Of a stretch of 64,000 nt of DNA, positions 51,757-61,511 are shown in pieces (within the stretch, counting starts at the first letter, position 1; the number at the start of each line of letters is the position of its first letter). Where the stretch lies: contig CAWDLW010000016.1 of NCBI GenBank assembly GCA_963803145.1, forward strand, positions 1-64,000. The letters are read 5' to 3'. The notes under the pieces were generated by a model that was given only the letters and a program-made list of their open reading frames with translations, made no database searches and had not been told where the DNA came from. The translations under genes and the position numbers were made by a program. The DNA comes from Methanotrichaceae archaeon (lineage in GTDB: Archaea > Halobacteriota > Methanosarcinia > Methanotrichales > Methanotrichaceae).

Positions 51757-52620
51757 ATGGTGCTAGATCCAGAGCAATTGAAAACCGCTGCCGAAATTGC
51801 TGGAATTGGATCAGGATTAATAGCGGGAGCTGAATTTTTACCAACCGTTGTAGGGTGTGCAAAGAAATGGATATCTGCTAAATTCCATGGTCATCCCCAA
51901 AAAGCAATAGATGTCGCTCTAAGCAATTTTAATGACTTCAGTGGGCAGGTCAACATATGTCTTAATGGAATGCAACAAATTGAAGGCTTTGAAGAGAAAA
52001 AGGAACAGGCACTTGCTGATCCAGATTATACAAGTCTCTTCCAAGAGGCAGTCTTGGGGGCAGCACGCACCAATTCTGTACAAACGCATAAAATTCTAGC
52101 ACGTTTGGTTACTGAGAGGCTTGCTGCAGAACCCGACTCCTTGCGTACATTAGCTTCTCACATGGCTTGCGATGCAGTACTGCAACTCTCACCCAAACAT
52201 TTACGATTCCTTGGTTTTATGGCTATCCTTTATGCCATGGACACTCCTGATTATGTAAAAGGCGTAAGTGGAGAAACTGGGGTTGACTCAGATCAAAAGA
52301 CTTTCGAAAAGGGCTTAAGTTGGCTTTCGGATGAACTTTCTCCTCTGTTACCAATAGGAGAGATGACCCACGCTGATTATTCTCATTTAGAGGCCGTTTC
52401 TTGTATTACGAATGGTGCGTACATAACCGAATTATTACATTTATTGAAATGGAAATTCTCAACAAAACAAATAAACGAGAGCTGGATCGAACAAAATCCA
52501 ATTTATAAAGTTCTATGCAAATACTGGAATAGTAGTGCGTCCTTAACCCCTGCTGGTACACTAATAGGTATGTATGTTAGGGATATTATTCCAAGAGAAC
52601 CGGCAAAATGGACCTTTTAG
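51757..52620 (+). CDS. LPO_1073/Vpar_1526-like (Abi-alpha-like) protein
   Basis: 'LADPDY...AAR...ILARLVTER','AVLQLSPKHL','YSHLEAVSC','LTPAGTLIG' match the recalled family pattern. Confidence 0.6.
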   Translation: MVLDPEQLKTAAEIAGIGSGLIAGAEFLPTVVGCAKKWISAKFHGHPQKAIDVALSNFNDFSGQVNICLNGMQQIEGFEEKKEQALADPDYTSLFQEAVLGAARTNSVQTHKILARLVTERLAAEPDSLRTLASHMACDAVLQLSPKHLRFLGFMAILYAMDTPDYVKGVSGETGVDSDQKTFEKGLSWLSDELSPLLPIGEMTHADYSHLEAVSCITNGAYITELLHLLKWKFSTKQINESWIEQNPIYKVLCKYWNSSASLTPAGTLIGMYVRDIIPREPAKWTF

Positions 52621-53103
52621 AAATAGGTGCGTAAGGCCGTAGGCCCGATCGTGAAGTAAGATTTGAGCCATAGTTCCCGCTGGGCGAAACGAATTACCTT
52701 GTCATGCATCAATTGCAGAATACCCTCGCTTATAGCATATCTATCCAACTCTAATGGAGATGGCTGAACTTGCCTATCGAAGTGTGTATAACTTGTCAAT
52801 CGAATCAGCCGATTTTGGCATTCGCAAAGCCATGGCTCAATTTTATAAACATCTTTTCAACCTACAACTCCATGCTTTTACGCTCCAAATTTTGTTTCCC
52901 AATACTTGCTATGCCGCGACCATGTTAACCAATATCAAGCGAGCTGGCTCATCCATGCCTATAGTTTATGGAATGAAATGCTAACTGGAACACTTATTGT
53001 CTCTATTTTTCGGATCCACTCAAGTTGCATAAGTTACCACATGTAAGTTGAGAGTCGAGTATGTGCAACCTACCATCCGATTCCATGGCATTTTCTCATC
53101 TAA

Positions 53104-54663
53104 CCTTAACTCCGCGAATATGGGGAATAAATTGGGCTTTTAAGTGGTTATTTCGGCTCTAGATTCTTATTTGAGCGAAAGCTTAATTAACCTTTATTCC
53201 CCATATGGTGAATATGGAGACTTGGGCTAAAGAGTGGTTAGAGGATCAAAGAAAGAAAGGAGTTAAATGCCTTGAAATAAAACAGCATGGCGCTAAGCAT
53301 TATGTTTACCATTCCACGACACATTGGGATAAAACTCAAAATAAAGCGATAAAGACCTCAAAATATATTGGTAAACTTGATCAAGAGCGCGGTTTAATAA
53401 GGTCCCATGAAGAAGATAGCCAAAATGTAAAGGTTGAAAAGTCAACAAAGGTTAGAAGCATTACCGAGTACGGCAATGCCCTTTTGCTTCACGAAGCCAT
53501 GAAAGACATAAAACCGCTATTGATGGAAGGTTTTCCTAACAATTGGTCGGAAATTTATTCGCTTTCTATGTTGAGAGTTATGGGAAATGTCCCTTTAAAA
53601 AGAGCTGAAAGCGCATGGCAAAAGCTCTATAATGTGGAATCCATTGAACCTAATCTCAAGTCTCAACATCTCTCTAAAGTAATGCAAGATATTGGCGGCA
53701 ACCGCAAAGGTCAGAGCATATTATTTAAGGGCCTTCTCGATCAAAGTGAACAGCTTGTATACGATTTAAGTTATATATTTTCGCGTTCTGTAAGCATACG
53801 TCAAGCAGAAAAGGGCTATAATAAAGATAAAATTCAATTACCTCAAATTAACATAGTGCTACTTTGTAACGCTGAAACTGGGCTGCCGACTATGATAAGA
53901 TCCCTTCCAGGCAGTGTCAAAGACATAGCAACCCTGAGAAAATCCCTTTCTGAATTTGATATCCAAAACAAGATGCTCATATTGGATAGAGGTTTCTCCT
54001 CAGAAGATGTCTTTTCGGATTTAAATGAACTTGATATCTCATACCTTATTCCGGCGAAAAGAAATAGCCATTATTATGATACGCGCATTCACCTAAATAG
54101 TCACTTTCGCTACCGTAAGCGGCTAATTCGATGTGGTAGCAGAATGTGCAAAGACAAGTATCTTTATTTATTTGAAGATCAAGAACTCTTGCTTGAAGAG
54201 CGTAATACCCTTTACGATAAACTTGATAAAGGTGAGATTGATAGAAATCACTTTGATAAAAATTTTAAAAAAGCTGGAAGGATTTTAATTCTGTCAAATC
54301 GAAAGATGTCTGAGCAGGAAGCTTATGAATTCTACAAGAAAAGGGACGTTGTCGAGAAATTATTCGATACCTATAAATCAACTTTGTATGCAGATAGATT
54401 ATACCTACATAACGATGAAAGCGTTTTCGGACATGTATTTATTGGATTTTTATCTCTCTACGCATATTGTAAAATCGAATCTCTATTAAAGAAAGCCAAT
54501 CTAAATAGAACTATGACACCAATGGATTTACTATTTGAGTTTAGCAAAATATATCATATCGACTTTGGTGAAGAGGACGCTATTATGGAAATTCCTAAGA
54601 AAGTTCGTGATCTAGATGTAAGGCTTAAACTAAATCTATTCCCCACGTAATGCGGAGTTAAGG
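53104..54663 (+). mobile_element. IS1634-family insertion sequence, 1560 bp
   Basis: IRs CCTTAACTCCGC...TGGGGAATA at both ends; 6-bp TSD ATCTAA (53098-103, 54664-69). Confidence 0.92.
53205..54650 (+). CDS. IS1634-family transposase
   Basis: 'VYDLS','GYNKD...PQIN','PGSVKD','LDRGF','YKKRDVVEKLFDTYK'. Confidence 0.9.
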   Translation: MVNMETWAKEWLEDQRKKGVKCLEIKQHGAKHYVYHSTTHWDKTQNKAIKTSKYIGKLDQERGLIRSHEEDSQNVKVEKSTKVRSITEYGNALLLHEAMKDIKPLLMEGFPNNWSEIYSLSMLRVMGNVPLKRAESAWQKLYNVESIEPNLKSQHLSKVMQDIGGNRKGQSILFKGLLDQSEQLVYDLSYIFSRSVSIRQAEKGYNKDKIQLPQINIVLLCNAETGLPTMIRSLPGSVKDIATLRKSLSEFDIQNKMLILDRGFSSEDVFSDLNELDISYLIPAKRNSHYYDTRIHLNSHFRYRKRLIRCGSRMCKDKYLYLFEDQELLLEERNTLYDKLDKGEIDRNHFDKNFKKAGRILILSNRKMSEQEAYEFYKKRDVVEKLFDTYKSTLYADRLYLHNDESVFGHVFIGFLSLYAYCKIESLLKKANLNRTMTPMDLLFEFSKIYHIDFGEEDAIMEIPKKVRDLDVRLKLNLFPT

Positions 54664-54740
54664 ATCTAAATCAAAAATGCCTTAGAACTCTTTTAAGATT
54701 AGAGCGATGAAGATAGCTAAAAGAGAGCTTAATGAGATTT

Positions 54741-55126
54741 CTATGCAAACAATATATTCTTTGATCTTTCTTTTCTATCATCCGATGATTCTTTTTCGTA
54801 CTCAACTATGGGCTTGATTAAGCCCTGGTTGGACTCTATGATTTTTGAGATCTCGTTATTTTGTAGACTGGCCGCTGTTTCACATTGCTTTAGCGCAAAA
54901 TACTCTGGCATCGCGTTATTCAGCTCCATGAGCTTCTTTACTATTGGGTTCTGTTTGTTTAGCTTATAATTGGCCTTGCCTGGTAGTTTCAATAAGCTCC
55001 AAGGCTTCCAGCTTGGGCATATATCTTAAGAAGGGTAGTCTTGCTCAGGCATGCGCCTTTTTCTATCTCAGCCCTTGAGTAATCAAAAGATTCGTTATCC
55101 CTCAAGAAATCCAATACTTTTACCAG
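54741..55126 (-). pseudogene. Decayed archaeal wHTH regulator
   Basis: Three frames join as 'LVKVLDFLRDNESFDYSRAEIEKGACLSKTTLLKI / MPKLEALELIETTRQ / KANYKLNKQNPIVKKLMEL'; no start codon before the tRNA T-tract. Confidence 0.65.
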
Positions 55127-55145
55127 GCTTGCGCAAAAAATAAAA

Positions 55146-55219
55146 AGCCTCGGGTGGGATTCGAACCCACGGCCTCGTCCTTACCAAGGACGCGCTATAC
55201 CGAGCTAAGCTATCGAGGC
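55146..55219 (-). tRNA. tRNA-Thr(GGT)
   Basis: GCCTCGATAGCTTAGCTCGGTATAGCGCGTCCTT-GGT-AAGGACGAGGCCGTGGGTTCGAATCCCACCCGAGGCT. Confidence 0.95.
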
Positions 55220-56440
55220 ACAATAGGCCCCTTGTGGTCTCCGTTTTTGTAGTTTTCGCTCCGGAGCAACAGGGCCGAGATTGCTATCTAGGATCTTTTC
55301 ATAAACAGCTTCTGTTCTCTTGGCGATCCTGTCCCAGCTGAACTCCGCCTCAATCCTATCGCATCCCGCTTTGGCGATCTTCTCCATTTCCTTGGGATCC
55401 TCCAGCAGGCGATTTATACACCAGGCGATAGACTCAGGCTGTACATAGGCCAAAATGCCATCCTCAAAGTTCTTAACTATAGATATGGCTTCTGTCGCGA
55501 CTATGGGCTTGCAAGCATCCCATGCCTCAAGGACAACCACACCAAAGGGCTCATTCCTGCTTGGGATGCACATGAGATCGCAAGCATTCAGAAGCTCTTC
55601 TTTATCTGAGGCTGGGGCATATCCGAGGAATCTGCATGCATCACTTACGCCCAACTCGTTCGCACGCCGCTCACATTCTCCCCTCATGCCGCCCTCTCCT
55701 GCAAAAATAAACTTGACGTCGCCTCTATTCCTGAGTACATGGGGAATTGCCTCCACAAGAAGGTCTGGGCCCTTCTGATAGCTCATCCTGCCACAGAATA
55801 GAACTACTGGGGCAAGAGGATGGATTCCGTAACGCTCTTTAACTCTTCCTGCATCCAATGACCTCCTCATCTTCCCGCAGACAATTCCATTGGGTATTAT
55901 GTCTATCTTGCTCTCGGGTATGGAGTAAAGCCACATGAGCTCATCAACCATACGTTTTGTAGTCACTATAACCCTTGCAGATTCATATCCTCCCAGCCAC
56001 TCTCGGTGAGACACTTCTCTATTACCATCGTTGTTGCCGCATCTCCCCCATTCAGTGCTATGTAAAGTAAACACATATGGCACTTTACAATTCCATTTTA
56101 TCTGGTTGAGGGCCGGAACGGGATGCCAGTCATGGCCGTGAATTATATCAAAGGGGCCGAAAAGCTTCTGCACCTCTACAAAGCGATGATACATGGCGTT
56201 AGACATCTTATCCATCTGGGAAATGATATCCCCCGACACATCAAAATCGACTCTCTGATAATGGACTCCATTTATCTTATCATATGATTCAAAATCCCCT
56301 CGGCGAGTTAAAACATGTACTTCATGACCCCTTCTTGCAAGGGCCTCAGAAAGCTCAGAAACATGTGGTGCAACACCTCCCACTTTTATAGAATATAAGC
56401 TCTCCCAGGAGAGCATTCCGATTCGCATCTCCTTCACCAA
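55205..56440 (-). CDS. GT4 glycosyltransferase
   Basis: 'KVGGVAPHV','HGHDWH','TLHSTEWGR','GRMSYQKGPD','PSRNEPFGVVVLEAW'. Confidence 0.93.
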   Translation of the reverse strand: MVKEMRIGMLSWESLYSIKVGGVAPHVSELSEALARRGHEVHVLTRRGDFESYDKINGVHYQRVDFDVSGDIISQMDKMSNAMYHRFVEVQKLFGPFDIIHGHDWHPVPALNQIKWNCKVPYVFTLHSTEWGRCGNNDGNREVSHREWLGGYESARVIVTTKRMVDELMWLYSIPESKIDIIPNGIVCGKMRRSLDAGRVKERYGIHPLAPVVLFCGRMSYQKGPDLLVEAIPHVLRNRGDVKFIFAGEGGMRGECERRANELGVSDACRFLGYAPASDKEELLNACDLMCIPSRNEPFGVVVLEAWDACKPIVATEAISIVKNFEDGILAYVQPESIAWCINRLLEDPKEMEKIAKAGCDRIEAEFSWDRIAKRTEAVYEKILDSNLGPVAPERKLQKRRPQGAYCASIA

Positions 56441-56657
56441 CGTCTAATATTAATCATTATCCTTTATTGAATAGAAGAGCCTTATATATAAACACACTTA
56501 GCATCTGTAGCCTATGAACGCATTTGTCTCAATCGTGTTCATATAATCATGTTCATATTATAGTGGGGATCGCGAGGCCCTTTGATTCAATATGTATATT
56601 TTCCGTCTTTCGCAAATAGTTTTATTTGCTGTTCGCTAATTAATCTTTCGGCTTTCG

Positions 56658-57623
56658 CTATGCCTGACGAAGTTCTGCTGCCGCTTGCTCGGGCGGCACA
56701 GGGTTGATATAGATATCGGTGCCCCTCTCGAAGCCTGCTATCTTCGATATTGCAGGTTGAATGCGGATATTGAGATGATAATCAAAGGGGAGCTGAAATA
56801 TCATGTAATTATAAGGCGGATCATCCAGCAGTGATTTGATTCGCCTTAGGGCATCGCTGAGTATCGTTGCGAGGCTCTTACGCTGGCCCTCGTTAATATC
56901 TTCGAGGTTACTTATATGGTTTTTGGGCAATATCCACGTCTCATAGGGCGCAATTGAGTAAAAGGGAGCTATGAGTATCCAATCATCGTTTTGGGTTATG
57001 AGTCTGCTCGATGCCTGTTCGCGCTCAACTATATTGCAGTAAAGACAAAAGGATGAGGATGATATTGCTGCCATCTCTTTTTTTATTAGAGGCGGCAGTA
57101 TAGGTATAGCTATTACCTGCGAATGCGTATGGCTGAGGGATGCGCCCGCAGCATCTCCGCGATTCTTGAAGATTGAGATGTAGCTTATGCCGCTCAGGTA
57201 GCGGTAATGAGAATATCGATCTTTGTATACCTGCAGAATCAGCTCCATGTGATCTATGCTAAAGTCTGCGGTACTATCCCAATGATCGGGCGAGTCCACA
57301 ATCACCTCATGATATCCATGGCCCGGCAGGGCTATCCATTCTCCGGTTGGTATACCGGGGTCAGGCACCATTGCAGCAAATAGATTTGGAAATACCCTTA
57401 CCCTCCAGTTGCGTATTCTCTCAATACCATCTGCAAATATGCCGTGATCTGTATAGACGGCCACAGCAGGGGGCGTCTTCTCCTCATTTCCGGGACAAAA
57501 GGGGCAATTTTTTATATCCTCCCTCTCAACTTTTGCAGTTTTAAAATCCGAGGGCCTCTTCTTGCGCTCTGCTGCGATGATGCAGTACTCATCCAGGAAG
57601 TAATGTCGCCTCAACTCGGGGAT
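56658..57623 (-). CDS. galT: Galactose-1-phosphate uridylyltransferase family (HIT)
   Basis: 'ELRRHY...ERKKRP','CPFCPGNE','GYHEVIV','GASLSHTHSQ','AGFE...INPVPPE'; start codon uncertain. Confidence 0.9.
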   Translation of the reverse strand: MPELRRHYFLDEYCIIAAERKKRPSDFKTAKVEREDIKNCPFCPGNEEKTPPAVAVYTDHGIFADGIERIRNWRVRVFPNLFAAMVPDPGIPTGEWIALPGHGYHEVIVDSPDHWDSTADFSIDHMELILQVYKDRYSHYRYLSGISYISIFKNRGDAAGASLSHTHSQVIAIPILPPLIKKEMAAISSSSFCLYCNIVEREQASSRLITQNDDWILIAPFYSIAPYETWILPKNHISNLEDINEGQRKSLATILSDALRRIKSLLDDPPYNYMIFQLPFDYHLNIRIQPAISKIAGFERGTDIYINPVPPEQAAAELRQA

Positions 57624-58843
57624 GTTAGCACCTCCCTGTATATCTCTAGCGTCTTCTCGGCTGCCGTTCTCCAAGTGAACAGATCTAGAACCCTAACCCT
57701 CGCATTCTTTCCCCATGCCTTCAGCCTAACAGGGTCCTCCAAGGCGAGATTTATGCCCCAGGCAAGATCTACAGGATCGCGAGCATTGACATGAACGCCT
57801 GTGGGCTTTGTTGCCGCAGGATTCTCAACAATTTCGCGGAGTCCGCTTATTCCACTGGCACCAACAACCGCAGGTCTTGCCATGGCAGCAGCCTCTAAAG
57901 CGACGATCCCGAATGGCTCATAGAGGCTTGGAAATACACATAGATCAGCAGTAGCATAATGATACATCTTCTCCTCAGGATCAAGAAAATCGGTTACAAG
58001 GGTGATGAATCCTAGCCTGTCAGCGTATGCCCTCACCTGCTCCTCCAATGATCCCTTGCCCACAACTAGAAGCTTTGCATTCGGATGCCTACTCACGACC
58101 AAAGGCATTGCCTGGAGCAGCTGTATGACGCCCTTGACCGGCTCAAGCCTTCCTACGAACAATATAACTATGTCGCCCTCGACGATGCCATATCTTTCCT
58201 TCAATGCTTCCAGCTTTTTCAGGTCAACCCGATCAGGATTGAAGAAATCAGCATCGACACCATGGTAGCAGACATGAATCTTATCCGCTGCAACTCCCAT
58301 GTCTACAAGCTCTTGCTTCATGGATTTTGAGACAGTGATAACTGCATCAGCAACCTCGGAGCCTCTTTTCTCCAAATTTACTAGCTGCATATTGGGATGC
58401 TCAGACCTGCCAATCTCAAGGCCATGGACGTGGAAGATCATTGGAATTCCTTTGTTTTTGGCTGCCATTCCTCCCGGCAGGCCGAGCCAGTCATGAGCTA
58501 CACATAAGTCAAAGGGGCCAGACTCGATTACATCTGCCGCGGAGAGCTGATTGTAAGCGAGAAGATCTGCGAGGAAGTTAAGGCCGCTTCCCCATGCAAG
58601 AGTCTCGTGTGATAGAAAAACCTCAAGGCCATCCTTCATGGGAACAGGAGCCTCCCTGAAGACTTCAACACCTTGCATATCTTCATGTCTTTTAAGCTTG
58701 CCATCGCCCCATGTGAAGACGGATATTTTTTCCCCGAGTTCTGTAAGCTCTCTGGATATGCAATCTACGTATACTCCCAGCCCGCCATAGATCAGAGGCG
58801 GGTACTCTGTACTGAAATAGGCTATCTTCATGCTTTCGTCCAA
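57611..58843 (-). CDS. GT4 glycosyltransferase
   Basis: 'EYPP..YGGLG','AHDWL','GRLEPVKG','PSLYEPFGIVALEA'. Confidence 0.93.
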   Translation of the reverse strand: MDESMKIAYFSTEYPPLIYGGLGVYVDCISRELTELGEKISVFTWGDGKLKRHEDMQGVEVFREAPVPMKDGLEVFLSHETLAWGSGLNFLADLLAYNQLSAADVIESGPFDLCVAHDWLGLPGGMAAKNKGIPMIFHVHGLEIGRSEHPNMQLVNLEKRGSEVADAVITVSKSMKQELVDMGVAADKIHVCYHGVDADFFNPDRVDLKKLEALKERYGIVEGDIVILFVGRLEPVKGVIQLLQAMPLVVSRHPNAKLLVVGKGSLEEQVRAYADRLGFITLVTDFLDPEEKMYHYATADLCVFPSLYEPFGIVALEAAAMARPAVVGASGISGLREIVENPAATKPTGVHVNARDPVDLAWGINLALEDPVRLKAWGKNARVRVLDLFTWRTAAEKTLEIYREVLTSPS

Positions 58844-58855
58844 CGTTCTAAATAA

Positions 58856-60640
58856 TCACACTACAAGGTTTCTATAATACTCAAGCACCGGTTCTCTCCA
58901 GCCGAACTGTTTAGCCAGAGAAAACGACTCCTCGCAGAGCAGACGATACTTGACCTCATCCTCAAGATAGGTCCAGGTGAAGTAATCCATAGCAAGGGCA
59001 TAATCCACTATAGTCTCTTCAGGCAGAGCCTCCATATTATCTACTATTATCACTCCGCCAAGGCCGGGCACGCGATGCTTAATCTTCTTCAAAGCATCGC
59101 TGAAGCCTGCCACGCGGCTGACTATACTTGGAGTTCCCTCCTTGCCAGCTTCGAGGGCAGTGAGAAGGAATGGCTCGTATTGCGAAGGAAAGATGCCGGC
59201 TATGCAGCCTGCCATAAGCTCATCGGTCCTCATTCCGAGTCCTCCATCATCTGGTCCTATCCATTGTGGATACAATATGGCTATGACAAGCCTTTTGCCG
59301 GAGATCAGCTCACGCACATCGAGGCTCATCCCTTTTATCATGTTCTGCAGCCTGATCTCCTCTCCAACGAGCACCTCAACAGGCAGATTGACCGGGAAGC
59401 CCTCTGGAAGCTTTTCTTTGGGCTTCGGACCATGAGCGGCTATGAGAAAACAGATTACCCTTGTATCCTCTGCATGGCGCTGTCCCTCTAGCCTATGCCT
59501 AAGCAGATGGTCCTGCAGCACCAGAGCATCCAGAAGCTGGGGGTATCCTTTATTCTCAATTTCTATCCTGGATATCGTAAATATGGGGATGATGCTGTCG
59601 GGGTTCGGGCATTTGCCATCGCAGCCTTTGTAGATATTTTTAACAAGAAAATCCTGTATTTTAGCCCTACATCTATCCTTCTTAGACCAATCGATCTCAC
59701 TGACCTCCGCATCTACGCCGTTCCTTACAACAATGCCCTTCAAGCGATAGAAGAGCATAGCTTCCTTCATTGTTGAGTCACCTACAAATGTGACTACGTC
59801 CGCATATCGTGCGAGCGCCTCTAGGGTCGCAAAGCCTGATGGCGTCCCTGGTTCCATCTTTGAATCATTTGCAGCAATCTTCGCTAGCGTTCTGACGCCA
59901 GCAGTCCGCCCAGGGACCGTGGCATGAAGAGTTGTAACTGTGCGAACTGGAACTCCGAGTTTCTTCAGCCTGGCTATAGCATAGAAGACGCCGAACTCGT
60001 GGCAATGGAGTGATACGCGCGTCTTAGGCATTACAGCCCTCGCGAATTCAGATATAGCCATGTCCTTATATTTTTCAGTCATCTCCTCACGAAGGTTTGT
60101 GAGTCCTCTCGCAAGCTCAGAGATTGCATATGATAGGTCGAGATAATGGTTGTATTCCGATCCGTAATGAGCTCTCTCATACTGCATCGAGTCAAGGCCA
60201 ATAAGCTCATACGCATCGCTTTTAATTGCGTTGTTGAGCGTGAGATCCTGGTTCTTCCAGCGGGTAATTCGAGACTGATAATAGGTAGTATTGAAAAGGA
60301 TGTAAGCGATAGGAATATCCTCAACCTTCTTCTGACCAGCCATTACCTCTATGCCTGCGGATCTCAGGTTTAAAAGAACGGTATCAAGATCAGAGCCCAT
60401 ATTTAGTTTATCATATCCAGATAAATCCGAAACTCTGTTCTTGCCTCCATTCCAATCAGATCCCGGCGTGGGATAGTAGGGGCCTGCAACAAGAATCTTA
60501 AGGTTCTTATCTATGATGCCTTCAGAGGCGAGCTTGGCAAGCGTTTGCGATTCTGCGTCTATGACGTTCCAGATTCCGCCGAGTTTGTTAGATGGCGGTC
60601 CGCCCTCCTCGCCAGCAATGATGATCCATCTCTCAATCAT
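58856..60640 (-). CDS. Glycogen synthase, GT3-like
   Basis: 'NKLGGIWNVI','HCHEF','TLHATVPGR','SRIEIENKG','GCIAGIFPSQYEPF' correspond to GT3 motifs. Confidence 0.8.
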   Translation of the reverse strand: MIERWIIIAGEEGGPPSNKLGGIWNVIDAESQTLAKLASEGIIDKNLKILVAGPYYPTPGSDWNGGKNRVSDLSGYDKLNMGSDLDTVLLNLRSAGIEVMAGQKKVEDIPIAYILFNTTYYQSRITRWKNQDLTLNNAIKSDAYELIGLDSMQYERAHYGSEYNHYLDLSYAISELARGLTNLREEMTEKYKDMAISEFARAVMPKTRVSLHCHEFGVFYAIARLKKLGVPVRTVTTLHATVPGRTAGVRTLAKIAANDSKMEPGTPSGFATLEALARYADVVTFVGDSTMKEAMLFYRLKGIVVRNGVDAEVSEIDWSKKDRCRAKIQDFLVKNIYKGCDGKCPNPDSIIPIFTISRIEIENKGYPQLLDALVLQDHLLRHRLEGQRHAEDTRVICFLIAAHGPKPKEKLPEGFPVNLPVEVLVGEEIRLQNMIKGMSLDVRELISGKRLVIAILYPQWIGPDDGGLGMRTDELMAGCIAGIFPSQYEPFLLTALEAGKEGTPSIVSRVAGFSDALKKIKHRVPGLGGVIIVDNMEALPEETIVDYALAMDYFTWTYLEDEVKYRLLCEESFSLAKQFGWREPVLEYYRNLVV

Positions 60641-60652
60641 TCGTATCAGGCC

Positions 60653-61396
60653 TCAAGGATAGGGCGATAGAGACGAAACTGACATGCCTTCATCGGATAT
60701 GTCCAGAACCCTTATGGTGTTGGCTATTTTAGATCCCCTCATCTTCATGATGTAAACTGATCTGATAAGGACATTTCCTATTCGATCCCTGTTGAGCATC
60801 GTTGCCGAGTCCGCACCATACTCAAGGAATTGGTTCATGCCAAATGCAGTGCCTATGGTTATGACGGATGTGACTCCGTTTGCCCTTAGGCTGCCAAATA
60901 GATCGTCTGCCAAAGACCTGATCTTGAAGGGCTCCTCTACAGCCATAAAGAAGGCCATTAGATCATCGATGAAGAGCCTGGTAGGCTTTACCTCCTGAAG
61001 CTTTCTCTCAACAAGCTTTCGAAAGTTGGTCAAGAACTCTATAGGGTCGCCTTCAATGCTCTTTTGGAGCCGAAGGATAGGATCTGTTACATCAACTATG
61101 CTCAGCTTGCCCTCCTTTTCAAGCTGAGAAAAATCCCATCCGAAAGAGGACATCATCTCCCTTTTAAGGAAATCGGCGCTCTCGGAAGGTGTGATTATGA
61201 TTCCCTTTTCGTCATTCTTTATGCCGTAATATATGAATTGGCTTGCAAAGACGGTCTTTCCCGTTCCAGATGGTCCCGTTATTGTGTTCACAGTTCCCTT
61301 AAGGAACCCTCCATTGACCATATCATCAAACCCGGGAATGCCTGACTTTACTCTCGGAAATTCGGTAGGTTTCAACGCCACGAACACTGCTCCCAC
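60653..61396 (-). CDS. KaiC-like/RAD55 single-domain ATPase
   Basis: 'SGIPGFDDMVNGG','GPSGTGKT','FIDD','IMKMRGS'. Confidence 0.9.
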   Translation of the reverse strand: MGAVFVALKPTEFPRVKSGIPGFDDMVNGGFLKGTVNTITGPSGTGKTVFASQFIYYGIKNDEKGIIITPSESADFLKREMMSSFGWDFSQLEKEGKLSIVDVTDPILRLQKSIEGDPIEFLTNFRKLVERKLQEVKPTRLFIDDLMAFFMAVEEPFKIRSLADDLFGSLRANGVTSVITIGTAFGMNQFLEYGADSATMLNRDRIGNVLIRSVYIMKMRGSKIANTIRVLDISDEGMSVSSLSPYP

Positions 61397-61511
61397 ATCT
61401 TCTTTCTGCCTATTGAAGGCCCCTCGCCCTCTATATATTTTCGATGACTAAGGTAATTAGTTTTTTCGGTGAGCACGAAGGGCTAAATATTTTGTCCTCA
61501 TATCGGAATAT

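Noticed and set aside
52617-53097. Short ORFs between the LPO_1073-like gene and IS1634
   Set aside because: Short, overlapping on both strands, no motifs; probably decayed DNA.
47940-55145. Duplicated tRNA-Thr 3' end marking an integrated element
   Set aside because: No second copy of the tRNA 3' sequence and no integrase found by eye in the window.
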